A stretch of 64,000 nucleotides of DNA from positions 1,087 to 65,086 of the forward strand of contig CACJSL010000003.1 in assembly GCA_902596065.1 (NCBI GenBank). Direction: 5' to 3'. The stretch is from an uncultured Alphaproteobacteria bacterium. Its GTDB lineage: Bacteria; Pseudomonadota; Alphaproteobacteria; HIMB59; GCA-002718135. Below the pieces are notes generated by a model. That model was not told the DNA's origin. It worked only from the letters and a program-made list of their open reading frames with translations, and searched no databases. Made by a program: the position numbers and the translations under genes. Shown one piece after another: positions 41,275-51,630 of this stretch; the stretch's first letter is position 1; each line of letters opens with the position of its first letter.

Positions 41275-42015
41275 TTAAACTTTAATAACTTGCTCCGTTA
41301 CTTCATCAAGATTTGTATCAGATTTATTTTTTTCAAATATTACTTTGCCGTGACTCATTACAACAAAACGGTCACATACCTGAAAAGCATGGTATAAATT
41401 ATGTGTTACAATTACGCTGGAAACATTTTCACTTTTTAATTCAGTTACATACTTCAACACTCTTTCTGTTTCACGAACTGATAATGCTGAAGTTGGCTCA
41501 TCAAGTAACAATATTTTTCTCTTAAAATAAACTGCCCTTGCAATAGCCACTGCCTGTTTTTGACCACCAGATAAGGCTCCAATTTCTTTAAGAGGTGAAT
41601 CAATACCTGAAATATGGACACCAGATTCCAAAACTTCTAAAGACAAATCTTCCATTTTTTTATGATCCATAAAACCAAATAAATTAGTGATTTCTCTACC
41701 CATAAAAATGTTTCGAATAATTGTCATATCATCACATAAAGCAGAATTTTGATAAATTGTTTCAATTCCTGCAACTTCTTCAGATTGTTTTCTTGTGGAA
41801 ATTTTTGTTTCTTTACCGTCAACAAAAACATTTCCGGTATCGGGAGCAACAACACCAGACATCATTTTAATTAATGTTGATTTTCCTGCGCCATTATCTC
41901 CCAATAACCCAACAACTTCATTTTTTCCAATGTGGAAATCCACATTATCTAAAGCTGTCAAATTACCATACCTTTTTGAAACATTTTTACATTCATAATA
42001 ATTGAGTTGACTCAT
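41275..42015 (-). CDS. Sugar ABC transporter ATP-binding protein (system 1)
   Basis: GDNGAGKST, LSGGQKQ, LLDEPT. Confidence 0.93.
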   Translation of the reverse strand: MSQLNYYECKNVSKRYGNLTALDNVDFHIGKNEVVGLLGDNGAGKSTLIKMMSGVVAPDTGNVFVDGKETKISTRKQSEEVAGIETIYQNSALCDDMTIIRNIFMGREITNLFGFMDHKKMEDLSLEVLESGVHISGIDSPLKEIGALSGGQKQAVAIARAVYFKRKILLLDEPTSALSVRETERVLKYVTELKSENVSSVIVTHNLYHAFQVCDRFVVMSHGKVIFEKNKSDTNLDEVTEQVIKV

Positions 42016-42018
42016 AAT

Positions 42019-42990
42019 CTAAATCCTTTTTCTAATAGTAACATTAATTATTACTGCTAATACAATTAAGCCACCTACAAACATTTCAAAATAAAAACCT
42101 GGCGCTCTTAATAAAAGTAAAAGATCCTGGATGGTATAAATTAAAGCTGTTCCAAGCATAATACCAAGAATTGATCCTCTTCCACCCATCAAAGCACATC
42201 CACCAATAACACATGCGGCTATTGCTTCTAATTCTAATCCTAGACCACCACCTGGCTGAACACTACCTACTCTACTCATAGCCACTACACCAGATAATGC
42301 TGCGCAACCTCCTGCTATTGAAAAAGCAATTAATTTTACTCTTTTAGGATTAATACCAATTGCTATCGCTGCTTCAGGATTTCCTCCAACAGCAAAAAAA
42401 TGATTACCGATCTTGTGATGATGAACTATAAAATAAAATACTATTCCAACACCAATAAACCATAAAAAACTTGCATCGATAACTCCAATATCACCAGTTA
42501 AAACAGTTTTATAAGTTTCACTTTCATATTTGTATCTAAGAGATTTTGCTCCGTGATATAAAAGAGTTCCTCCTTTCCAAAGTAACATAGCTCCTAGTGT
42601 TACTATAAAAGAGGGGATGGTAAACCTGTTAACAATATTTCCGTGTATAAGGCCAGCAATTATACCTACAATAATTCCTATTATCATAGCTAAATAAGGA
42701 CTTAATGCATACTCTTTAACCATTGTTGCAGTAACAATTGCACAAAATGTGTAAAGGGTTCCAACGGACAAATCAAATTCTCCGCTGATCATCAGTATAC
42801 CAACTCCAATTGCCATAATGCCAAGTGCAGACATTGATTTAAGTAGAACAGCAATATTTGCTGGATTTAAATAACGAAAATTTTCTGGGTATAATAGACC
42901 TGCAATAATAGCCACAACTTGAATAGTACAAAATAATAATAATATTCCTCCTGCAGGTTTACTTCGAATGTTATCTATAAATTTTTTCAT
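42019..42990 (-). CDS. Sugar ABC transporter permease (RbsC-like, system 1)
   Basis: GEFDLSVG, IPSFIVTLG, AVGGN, LEAIAACVIGG. Confidence 0.93.
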   Translation of the reverse strand: MKKFIDNIRSKPAGGILLLFCTIQVVAIIAGLLYPENFRYLNPANIAVLLKSMSALGIMAIGVGILMISGEFDLSVGTLYTFCAIVTATMVKEYALSPYLAMIIGIIVGIIAGLIHGNIVNRFTIPSFIVTLGAMLLWKGGTLLYHGAKSLRYKYESETYKTVLTGDIGVIDASFLWFIGVGIVFYFIVHHHKIGNHFFAVGGNPEAAIAIGINPKRVKLIAFSIAGGCAALSGVVAMSRVGSVQPGGGLGLELEAIAACVIGGCALMGGRGSILGIMLGTALIYTIQDLLLLLRAPGFYFEMFVGGLIVLAVIINVTIRKRI

Positions 42991-43021
42991 ATAAAATCTT
43001 ATTCAGTATTCTTGTTATAAG

Positions 43022-43047
43022 TGTAGCGGCAATATTTTGCCGCTACA
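43022..43047. terminator. Stem-loop between SBP and permease (system 1)
   Basis: TGTAGCGGCAA-TATT-TTGCCGCTACA: perfect 11-bp stem. Confidence 0.75.
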
Positions 43048-43071
43048 ATAATTTTTTTTGTCTTATACAGA

Positions 43072-44037
43072 TTATCTAGTGATACCAGCCCATTTAAATG
43101 CTGATTCAACATTAGATTTATCAACTAAACCTGATCCACCAGTATTCATGTCAGCTGGAAGCAGACCATATTTTAAATATTGAGCTACCATTGTAACAGA
43201 CATATAACCTTGGTGATAAGGTTGTTGATCCACTGTTGCTGTAAGAGATCCGTTAGCAATATTATCCAAAATTTCTGGAGTAATATCGTATCCACCAACT
43301 GGAATATCTAAGCCAGCTTCTTCAACTGCACGTACAGCAACTGAAGTTGGTGTAGAACCTAAGCCTATAACAGCTTTAGTTTCCGGATGTCCTAAAAGAT
43401 ATTGAACCATAATGTTCAACGCTTCAGAGTGGTCAGTACCTGTTCCAAGAATTTCAGTTGTACCACCATTTGCAGTAATTGCATTATTTACACCTTCGTG
43501 TCTTTGTACTGCATACACTGCTTCTGGAAATTCAACTGGTGTAAACACATGATCACCAGCTTTTAAACCATGTTCAGCAATCATACGTTCACCAAGAGTT
43601 TCACCTGTTTCAATAAAGAACTGTCCAACATACGCCATACGACAGTTACCTTTACCTCTTTGAGAATCATCAATATTATGAAGTACAACTGGAATGCCAG
43701 CGTCCATAGCTTTACAAACTATTTCATCAAATGCATCATCATCCCAAACAGTCATAGCAATACCATCAACTTGGTTTGCTATTGCAGTTTCTAGAATGTC
43801 ATTTGTTTTAGCTGTATCTGAATCACCAAATTCCATATACATGCTTATACCTTGATCTTCTGCTGCATCATGCGCACCATTGATTGAAGGAACAAAAAAT
43901 TCTACATCTTCAGCAGTCCATATTAAAAATAAAATATTAATATCAGACCAGTCATTGTCAGAATCTTTATCAATTGCTTTGGCACTAGTGAAAGAAAACA
44001 CAAGAGCGCACAAAGTCATTAGTATAATTTTTTTCAT
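43072..44037 (-). CDS. Sugar ABC transporter substrate-binding protein (system 1)
   Basis: Signal peptide MKKII...AKA, AGIPVV, ATVDQQPYHQGY; GGAGG RBS before ATG 44037. Confidence 0.92.
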   Translation of the reverse strand: MKKIILMTLCALVFSFTSAKAIDKDSDNDWSDINILFLIWTAEDVEFFVPSINGAHDAAEDQGISMYMEFGDSDTAKTNDILETAIANQVDGIAMTVWDDDAFDEIVCKAMDAGIPVVLHNIDDSQRGKGNCRMAYVGQFFIETGETLGERMIAEHGLKAGDHVFTPVEFPEAVYAVQRHEGVNNAITANGGTTEILGTGTDHSEALNIMVQYLLGHPETKAVIGLGSTPTSVAVRAVEEAGLDIPVGGYDITPEILDNIANGSLTATVDQQPYHQGYMSVTMVAQYLKYGLLPADMNTGGSGLVDKSNVESAFKWAGITR

Positions 44038-44109
44038 ATTACCTCCTAAATAACTTAAAAAATTATTATAATATTTGTAACTAATCACATAACAATATGT
44101 TTAAGCAAC

Positions 44110-44146
44110 ATAATTTTTTATTATAATTTTTATTATAATTTTTATT
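44110..44146. repeat. Three tandem copies of ATAATTTTTATT in a divergent promoter
   Basis: 44110-44122 (13 nt), 44123-44134, 44135-44146; junctions create TATAAT. Confidence 0.45.
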
Positions 44147-44254
44147 TATTTAATTAATGCATAATTATTATAACAAAATTCATTAAATCTCAGTTCTCTG
44201 TTTATTTGTTTTTTCTTTTTTTTGAGTTATATTAGATTAAATTTATTAAATATT

Positions 44255-45259
44255 ATGGTTAGTTACACATATAAATCTATTGAAAATCAGGATGATAATA
44301 TGCCTAATTGGTATAAACCTGAAATTGATTCAAAGGTCTTAAAGGGTTTAATGAAAAGAAGAAATTTGCCGGGCCTTATCAATAATTTTTGTTACCTATT
44401 ATTATTATTCATTACAGGATACATCGCATATTTAACTTGGGGTACTTGGTGGGCAATTCCTGCGTTTTTAGTTTATGGAAATATATATTCTTTTTCTAAT
44501 GCACGGTGGCATGAATTTGTTCATAGATCAGTGTTTCGAACTAGATGGCTGAATGATTTTTTCTATCAAGTATTTAGTCTAATGGATTATTTTGAAGCCT
44601 TTAAATGGAGATGGAGTCACACTCATCATCATAGCCGAACAATTCATTTAGATGTTGATTACGAAATTCAAGTTTCAAGACCAGCAAATTTATGGAACTT
44701 GTTTGTTACTGATGCTTTTGCTATTGATCGTGTATGGGCAGAATTTAAATCAGTATTCTGGCATTCTCTTGGAATTATGACTCCAATTGCAAAAGACTGT
44801 GTACCTGAATCTGAGCGATGGAAAATGATATGGAATTGTAGATTTTATATGCTTGTAAAAATTGTAGTAATTTATTGGGCTTATTCAATAGGAAGTTTTT
44901 TACCTTTAATGTTTTGGTTCACTCCATTAATTTATGGAGGAACTTTATTTCAATTTGTTGCAATGTTACAACATGGAGGATTGAAAGCAGATAGTTGGGA
45001 TCACCGTGAAAGTACTAGAACGGTATATTTAAATCCAATATTGGGATGGTGTATGTATATGAATATGCAATACCATATTGAGCATCATATTTTTCCTCAA
45101 GTTCCATTTTATAACTTACCGAAACTTCACAAAATTGTAAAAGATCAAATGCCTCCACCTAATACGAGTTTTTTTAATGGCATGAAAGAAATGATTCCCG
45201 CAATTATTAAACAATCAAAAGATCCAAAATATCATTTACCTAGAGAACTACCTGCATAA
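44255..45259 (+). CDS. MocD-like membrane di-iron oxygenase #5
   Basis: HEFVH, WSHTHHH, YHIEHH; start MVSYTYK chosen by similarity to the #1 N-terminus. Confidence 0.85.
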   Translation: MVSYTYKSIENQDDNMPNWYKPEIDSKVLKGLMKRRNLPGLINNFCYLLLLFITGYIAYLTWGTWWAIPAFLVYGNIYSFSNARWHEFVHRSVFRTRWLNDFFYQVFSLMDYFEAFKWRWSHTHHHSRTIHLDVDYEIQVSRPANLWNLFVTDAFAIDRVWAEFKSVFWHSLGIMTPIAKDCVPESERWKMIWNCRFYMLVKIVVIYWAYSIGSFLPLMFWFTPLIYGGTLFQFVAMLQHGGLKADSWDHRESTRTVYLNPILGWCMYMNMQYHIEHHIFPQVPFYNLPKLHKIVKDQMPPPNTSFFNGMKEMIPAIIKQSKDPKYHLPRELPA

Positions 45260-45264
45260 TATTT

Positions 45265-46278
45265 ATGCAAATTGATGATAGTAAATTTGGCTCACGTAAT
45301 AAGAGAGGTGATTGGAAACCATATAAGCTTTCATCAAACATTCCTTTTTTTGACTGGCCATTTAGCATAACTAAAAATCTAAAATGGTTATTGGGCATTC
45401 CTGGATACATTATACCATGGACATTTTTTTATGGGTTAATTGCAGTTATCCTGTGGGTTTATTTTACCCCTCCAATTGAAACATTAAAAAATTTTCATTT
45501 TAACTGGTTTTTTTATCTTTTGGTTAGAAATTTAATAATAACCATCATATGTGCCGGAGGACTTCACTTTTTTTTATATATAAAAAAAACACAAGGCAAT
45601 TCATTCAAATTTAATGCCAAAGGGATGGAAAAAAATAATAAGAATTTTTATTTTAAAGATCAAACATTAGATAATATATTTTGGACTTTATGCAGTGGTG
45701 TTCCAATTTGGACAGCTTATGAAGCTTTTTCTTTATGGGCTTTTGCAAATGGTTATTTTTTAGGCCTTGAGTGGAGTATGCATCCAATTTATTTAGGGCT
45801 AACTTTTTTATTTCTTCCTTTATTTAGAGAAGTGCATTTTTACTTTGTTCATAGATTGTTACACATCCCCTTGCTTTATAATTTCTCTCATTACATTCAT
45901 CATAAAAATGTTAATCCAGGTCCTTGGTCCGGAATAGCTATGCACTGGTTTGAGCATATATTATATTTTTCAGGTACATTAATTCATTTTATAATTCCTG
46001 CACATCCAGTACATGCTGTTTTTCAATTACTTCATGCAGGAATAGGTCCATTATTTCATGGACACATAGGTTTTGAAAAAATTCAAATAGGAAAAATTGG
46101 TATTGATACTCACAGTCATGCTCATTATTTACATCATAAATATTTTGAGTGTAATTATGCCGATGGAGCAATACCTTTAGATAAATTTTTTGGAACCTTT
46201 CATAACGGATCAGATGAGTCTCAAGAAAAGATGGTAGAAAGATATAAAATTAGAATGAAAAAAATGAGGTCTACTTAA
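45265..46278 (+). CDS. Sterol desaturase / fatty acid hydroxylase superfamily di-iron enzyme #1
   Basis: HFYFVHRLLH, HYIHH, PWSGIAMH, HYLHH, YFECNY. Confidence 0.85.
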   Translation: MQIDDSKFGSRNKRGDWKPYKLSSNIPFFDWPFSITKNLKWLLGIPGYIIPWTFFYGLIAVILWVYFTPPIETLKNFHFNWFFYLLVRNLIITIICAGGLHFFLYIKKTQGNSFKFNAKGMEKNNKNFYFKDQTLDNIFWTLCSGVPIWTAYEAFSLWAFANGYFLGLEWSMHPIYLGLTFLFLPLFREVHFYFVHRLLHIPLLYNFSHYIHHKNVNPGPWSGIAMHWFEHILYFSGTLIHFIIPAHPVHAVFQLLHAGIGPLFHGHIGFEKIQIGKIGIDTHSHAHYLHHKYFECNYADGAIPLDKFFGTFHNGSDESQEKMVERYKIRMKKMRST

Positions 46279-46287
46279 TAATTACTG

Positions 46288-47184
46288 CTAATTAGTATTT
46301 GGAGTATTTAATATAGTAAGAGTTCCTGAAAGAGCAATAATAACCAATCCTGTAATTGACAATAAATCTAGAACCTCTCCAAAAAAGATATATCCAAAAA
46401 TTGCTGCCCAAATTAACTGCGTAAAAAAGAATGGACTGATAATTCTAGTATATTTTCCTGCAATTTGAAAAGCATATGTATACAAAATTACACAAGTTAA
46501 TAATAAAGATCCTCCTATAAATACTAATACCATTTCTCTTAAAGATATTAAAATTGGATCAAATAAAAAAATTATAGCTGAAAATAATGTAATTGGTAAT
46601 AAGTGATAAAAACTAAATCCTAAAGTAGTTGCTTTACTTGAATATTTACTAACTATAACGAAAGTTATGGAATTATAAATGCATACAAAAAAAATTAAAA
46701 AAATAAATGGATTAGCTTGAAAAAAAGATGGCTTTGCCACAAGAATAGTGCCAGAAAATCCAATTAAAAGAATTACCCAGTACTTGAAAGATATTATTTC
46801 TTTTTGAAGAATATTAGAACAAATATAAGTAAAAAAAGGAGTGGTCATTAATATTGTTGTAAAAATATTTAATGGTATTTTTGAAAGAGAAAAATAAATT
46901 ATAATCGGCACAGGTATAAATGTGATTCCTCGAATAAGAGGTAGAAAATAATCTTTTTTATCTTCATATAAAATATGCTTTGTTATTCCTCCTGTAAAAG
47001 TAAGATATAATAAAAAAAGTATTAGCGCAAAACCTATACCTAAAGTGTAATAATGATACCAAATAAAATTACTAGAACCTAAAACTTTTGTTGTTGAGTC
47101 AAATAATGATCCAGATAAAGTTTGTATTGTAACTATGAAAATACCTAGATACATAATTTTTCTAGATGTTAATATTTTATTCAT
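46288..47184 (-). CDS. DMT/EamA family transporter
   Basis: About 10 TM helices, P.F....L..E and G..FFGE repeats. Confidence 0.8.
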   Translation of the reverse strand: MNKILTSRKIMYLGIFIVTIQTLSGSLFDSTTKVLGSSNFIWYHYYTLGIGFALILFLLYLTFTGGITKHILYEDKKDYFLPLIRGITFIPVPIIIYFSLSKIPLNIFTTILMTTPFFTYICSNILQKEIISFKYWVILLIGFSGTILVAKPSFFQANPFIFLIFFVCIYNSITFVIVSKYSSKATTLGFSFYHLLPITLFSAIIFLFDPILISLREMVLVFIGGSLLLTCVILYTYAFQIAGKYTRIISPFFFTQLIWAAIFGYIFFGEVLDLLSITGLVIIALSGTLTILNTPNTN

Positions 47185-47267
47185 TTGTTAATTTATTTTT
47201 TTTAAAAAAAGTATATCTATTGAATCTAACAATATTCAAAACATTGTATACACAATAGGAACATAAT

Positions 47268-47693
47268 ATGAAATATTTACACACAATGGTAAGAGTAGAA
47301 GATATTGATAAGTCTTTGGACTTTTATTGTAATAAGCTTGGTTTGAAAGAAATAAGAAGAAGAGAAAGTGAAAAAGGAAGATTTACATTAATTTTTCTTG
47401 GTGCAGAAAATAGTAGTGAAAATTCAGGTCTGCTTGAACTAACTTATAATTGGGATTCAGAAAAATATACAGGTGGAAGAAATTTTGGTCATTTAGCTTA
47501 TAGCGTAAAAAATATCTATGAAACATGTGAAAAACTAATGGCTAATGATGTTGTAATTAATAGACCACCTAGAGACGGACATATGGCATTTATTAGATCC
47601 CCAGATGGAATATCTATAGAAATTATACAGGAAGGTGATGCTTTAGAAATAAAAGAGCCTTGGAAATCAATGGAAAACATTGGAACTTGGTAA
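47268..47693 (+). CDS. gloA: Lactoylglutathione lyase (glyoxalase I / VOC)
   Basis: YLHTMVRV, ELTYNW, FGHLAY, PDG..IE. Confidence 0.88.
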   Translation: MKYLHTMVRVEDIDKSLDFYCNKLGLKEIRRRESEKGRFTLIFLGAENSSENSGLLELTYNWDSEKYTGGRNFGHLAYSVKNIYETCEKLMANDVVINRPPRDGHMAFIRSPDGISIEIIQEGDALEIKEPWKSMENIGTW

Positions 47694-47697
47694 AAAT

Positions 47698-48678
47698 TTA
47701 ATTTTTAAAAAGTTTTTTATGAGAATCTTTCGTTCCATTATGAAAAGATCCAAACCATTTATCTAGCGGTATTGTAAGCTCTCCATAATTACATTCGAAA
47801 TATTTGTGGTGCAAATAGTGAAAATAAGAAGCATTAGGTAGAGCATATCCATTTTTTTTATTAACTACAAGTTGATCATATCCTGAATGACCTTGAATTG
47901 CTCTTAATGCAGTTTGTTGAATATGAAAAATAAAGTGTATAGGGTGCGTAGGTACAACAAAGTGAATTAATAGTGTACTAAAATAAAATACATGTTCTAT
48001 AGGATGCATTGATAATCCTGACCACGGCCCAGTATTAACATTTCTGTGATGTAAAAAATGAAAAGTTTTATAAAATATTTTCCAATGACTTATACGATGA
48101 GTTACATAAAAATGAAAAACTTGCCAAACAGGAATAAGTAAAAAAATTAAACAAAATAAAATAGGTGTTTCAATCCAATTAAGCATAGGGAATAATAAGT
48201 AATCATTAGCAAATGCCCACATGACAAAAACTTCGTAGGCTGTCATGATAGGAGCTGCACTAAACACACTCCAAAAAATATTTTCTTTTGTTTGGCTTCC
48301 TAAAAACCATGCTTTTTTTTCTTTACCTAAAGGGGCAAGATTATATTTAAATTTGTCATCTTGGCTTCTTAAGATAAAAAATCTTGTATGCCAAAAACTA
48401 GCTAACAATATAATTAAAAACACATTTCTAAAAAATACAATTAAAATCCAATCTAAATCAAAAGTAGACCAGCTGGACATTGCAGGTTGAAAAAAATAAT
48501 AACTTATAAAGGCTATACCGATATAAAATAAATTCCATGGCCAAATATAACCAGGAAATTTTAATAACCAAGCTAAGAAAGCTTTTGGTTTAGGGGGCCA
48601 AACAAAAATTGGATCAAAATCCAAAATCTTTCTTGGATGATATCCTCCTCTGGGATCTAAAAAAATATCTTCTTTCAT
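47698..48678 (-). CDS. Sterol desaturase / fatty acid hydroxylase superfamily di-iron enzyme #2
   Basis: HFYVTHRISH, HFLHH, PWSGLSMHP, HYLHH. Confidence 0.85.
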   Translation of the reverse strand: MKEDIFLDPRGGYHPRKILDFDPIFVWPPKPKAFLAWLLKFPGYIWPWNLFYIGIAFISYYFFQPAMSSWSTFDLDWILIVFFRNVFLIILLASFWHTRFFILRSQDDKFKYNLAPLGKEKKAWFLGSQTKENIFWSVFSAAPIMTAYEVFVMWAFANDYLLFPMLNWIETPILFCLIFLLIPVWQVFHFYVTHRISHWKIFYKTFHFLHHRNVNTGPWSGLSMHPIEHVFYFSTLLIHFVVPTHPIHFIFHIQQTALRAIQGHSGYDQLVVNKKNGYALPNASYFHYLHHKYFECNYGELTIPLDKWFGSFHNGTKDSHKKLFKN

Positions 48679-48762
48679 AAATAAATTCTAATAAGTATTT
48701 ATTACATTAATTATAATTTTAAAGTATGAAAATTATAACTATTTTTTATAACTTTTTAACAA

Positions 48763-49503
48763 TTAAGCAGTTTCTATAGCGCCAGTTATAAGTGCTGTAA
48801 CTTCTTCAGGAGAGCTATTTTTAGCCAATTTATTAGCAACTAGTTTTCCTCTTCTTAATACTGCAATTCTATCACTAACAGCAAAAACATCTGGCATTCT
48901 ATGGCTTATTATAACAACTGAGATTCCTTGTTTCTTTAATTGTCTAATTAATTCCAATACTTCGGCAACCTGTCTTACACTAATTGCTGCAGTAGGCTCG
49001 TCTAATAAAACAACTTTTGCTTTGGATAATTTCGTTCTTGCTAAAGCAACAGCTTGCCTTTGTCCTCCAGACATCATCCTAACAGTTTCATTTGGCAAAG
49101 TTTCTGATTTTAATTCAGCAAATAATTGTTTTGCTTTTTCAAACATTTTTGTAAAATCAATTAATCCAAATGGACCTATTTTTTTCTTTGGCTCTCTTGT
49201 TAAAAAAATATTTGATGCAGCTGTAAGATTATCACACAAAGCTAAATCTTGATAAACAACTTCAATACCTTTATTTCGAGCATCCATAGGTTTATTAAAT
49301 TCAACATTTTGATCTTCAAAAAGCATTTCTCCATCTGATTGTTTAAAGTTACCAGCAATGATTTTAATTAAAGTTGATTTGCCTGCTCCATTGTCTCCCA
49401 TTAAACCAAGCACCTCACCTTCTTTTAAATCTAAACTCACTCCATCTAGTGCTACTATGGCTCCAAAATTTTTAGAAATATTTTTTAAATTTAAAATTGT
49501 CAT
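48763..49503 (-). CDS. Sugar ABC transporter ATP-binding protein (system 2)
   Basis: GDNGAGKST, MSGGQRQ, LLDEPT. Confidence 0.93.
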   Translation of the reverse strand: MTILNLKNISKNFGAIVALDGVSLDLKEGEVLGLMGDNGAGKSTLIKIIAGNFKQSDGEMLFEDQNVEFNKPMDARNKGIEVVYQDLALCDNLTAASNIFLTREPKKKIGPFGLIDFTKMFEKAKQLFAELKSETLPNETVRMMSGGQRQAVALARTKLSKAKVVLLDEPTAAISVRQVAEVLELIRQLKKQGISVVIISHRMPDVFAVSDRIAVLRRGKLVANKLAKNSSPEEVTALITGAIETA

Positions 49504-49507
49504 TTTG

Positions 49508-50485
49508 CTAATCGTCTCCCTTAGGCCCCGTATTAGATTTTAAAGTTAAATTTGAATTAATTACTACAGCTAGAAAAATTATAATACCTCTAACAACTTT
49601 ATTTAAATCTGGATCTATACCCCAATGTACTAAACCATTTCCAATCATGGCAATAAATATAACACCGAGAAGCGTTCCTGTCATTCGACCTACTGCTCCA
49701 CCCAATGCAGTGCCACCAACAACTACTGCTGCAATAACATCAAATTCCATTCCTTCGCCGACAGTAGAATTTCCTGATGATACTCTGGCAACAAACAATA
49801 TACCAACAACTGCTGAAAAAAAGCTTGTAGCAATCAATGTGTAAATTTTTATTCTATCAACATTAATTCCAACACTTCTAGCTGCCTTTGGATTTCCTCC
49901 TACAGCATAAATGTTGGTGCCTAAAACAGTATAAGTACTCAAAAACCAAAAGATAACAAAAACAATTAACATTATCCAAGAAACAGTAGGTAGTCCTAAA
50001 ATATCCCCTCCAAAAAAATATCGAAAAGGTTTACTACCTACCATCACAGGCACTCCGTCCGTTTGCCATAATGCTAACCCTCTAAGCGCACTCCATAAAG
50101 CTAGAGTCGTAATAAACGTGGGGACAAATAATTTTGTTCTAACTATTCCAACTATGTAACCTATAAATAAACCCCAAAACAATACAACTACTGCCGCTAA
50201 TGGATAACTAAATCCATACCATTTAATTAAGCAAGCAAATAAAACTCCAGAATATGCTACGGATGGTCCAACGCTGATGTCTATTTCACGACTAATTAAA
50301 ACAAAAGTCATTGGAAATGCAACCAAACCAACATAGGAGGCACTTCTTAGAATGCTTAATAAATTTCTTTCAGTAAAAAAATTAGGCGCTGTAAAACTAA
50401 AGATTAACAGCACTAATATACAAGCAATTAATAATCCTAATTCATGGATATTACTTACGCTTACTTTTGGTTTTGAAGTTGTCAA
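49508..50485 (-). CDS. Sugar ABC transporter permease (system 2)
   Basis: EIDISVG, VPTFITTL, YAVGGN, FDVIAAVVVGG. Confidence 0.92.
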   Translation of the reverse strand: MTTSKPKVSVSNIHELGLLIACILVLLIFSFTAPNFFTERNLLSILRSASYVGLVAFPMTFVLISREIDISVGPSVAYSGVLFACLIKWYGFSYPLAAVVVLFWGLFIGYIVGIVRTKLFVPTFITTLALWSALRGLALWQTDGVPVMVGSKPFRYFFGGDILGLPTVSWIMLIVFVIFWFLSTYTVLGTNIYAVGGNPKAARSVGINVDRIKIYTLIATSFFSAVVGILFVARVSSGNSTVGEGMEFDVIAAVVVGGTALGGAVGRMTGTLLGVIFIAMIGNGLVHWGIDPDLNKVVRGIIIFLAVVINSNLTLKSNTGPKGDD

Positions 50486-50511
50486 ATTTTTTTCCTCATC
50501 TAATTTTTTAA

Positions 50512-50544
50512 AAAAAGGGACATATATTTGTAATGTCCCTTTTT
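50512..50544. terminator. Stem-loop between SBP and permease (system 2)
   Basis: AAAAAGGGACAT-N9-ATGTCCCTTTTT: 12-bp stem with a T-tract on the - strand. Confidence 0.7.
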
Positions 50545-50563
50545 ATATTAATTAAGTTTCACT

Positions 50564-51523
50564 TTACGGAATACCATCCGCATGATCAACTAACCATTTT
50601 GCAGTAGCAAACTTATCAAGTGAAGTATAAACTTTTGTAGGAATTAATTGAGTAAATTCCCCAATTTCTTCTCCATTAATAGCTTTAATAGCATACTCCA
50701 TTGCACCAGCTCCCATTTCTTGAGGGAACTGAGAATTAACTGCAAGTAATACGTCTCCTTGCTGTACCATCTCTACTAGCTCAGTTGTTGTATCAGTACC
50801 CATTACATAAGTTTTTCCAACTTGGTCAGCAGCAATAACGGCATTAACAGCTCCAGCTGTTCCACCTTCATTCGCCGCATACATTAAGTTGATTTCAGGA
50901 TTTGCAATCAACATATCTGTTCCAATTTGAGTAGCTTTGTCATGAGTAAAAGCTTCTTGGTTATTTACAATTGTAAATTTAGCACCAACTTCTTCTAAGC
51001 CTGCTATAAAACCATCTTCTCTTTGTTGACAAGCTTCATATCTGTTACAGTTATGAATACCAATTTTAAGTTCAATTTCAGCTTTATTAGCCCACTCACC
51101 TGCTAAACGACCAATGTGAATACCAAGGGCAGTTTGACTAGTAGTAACAAGTGCACTAATCAATCTTGCAGAATCTTCATCTTTTAAACAAGTATTATAG
51201 CAAACTACAGGAATGCCAGCTTCCCTGATTCTTTCAACAGCAGCAACAGATGCCTCTGTAGAAACAGGTGACATAATTACAGCTTCAACGCCTGCTGAAA
51301 TTAGTTGGTCTATAAACTCTGATTCTTTTGTAACATCACCTTGAGAATTATTACCAATAAGCTCAACACCCATGTCGCCAGCACCAGTAATAATACCTTT
51401 TTGAACTCCACCATAAAAACCTTGAGAGTCCATATAGATTGCTCCAACTTTAACAGCATTTGCTGAGAATGAAGCAAATATAATTACAAAAGAAGAAATA
51501 AATACAGAAAGTATTTTTTTCAT
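50564..51523 (-). CDS. Sugar ABC transporter substrate-binding protein (system 2)
   Basis: Signal peptide ending ANA, AGIPVV, RbsB-like motifs (AANE, GTD, SQFP..MG). Confidence 0.92.
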   Translation of the reverse strand: MKKILSVFISSFVIIFASFSANAVKVGAIYMDSQGFYGGVQKGIITGAGDMGVELIGNNSQGDVTKESEFIDQLISAGVEAVIMSPVSTEASVAAVERIREAGIPVVCYNTCLKDEDSARLISALVTTSQTALGIHIGRLAGEWANKAEIELKIGIHNCNRYEACQQREDGFIAGLEEVGAKFTIVNNQEAFTHDKATQIGTDMLIANPEINLMYAANEGGTAGAVNAVIAADQVGKTYVMGTDTTTELVEMVQQGDVLLAVNSQFPQEMGAGAMEYAIKAINGEEIGEFTQLIPTKVYTSLDKFATAKWLVDHADGIP

Positions 51524-51630
51524 AATTATCCTCCTTATTTTTTCAAAGATGAGCTTAGTGAACTAAAATAAGTAAATCAAATAAAAAAAATATAAATAGT
51601 TTTTATAATATCTTTTAAATAAAATGATAA

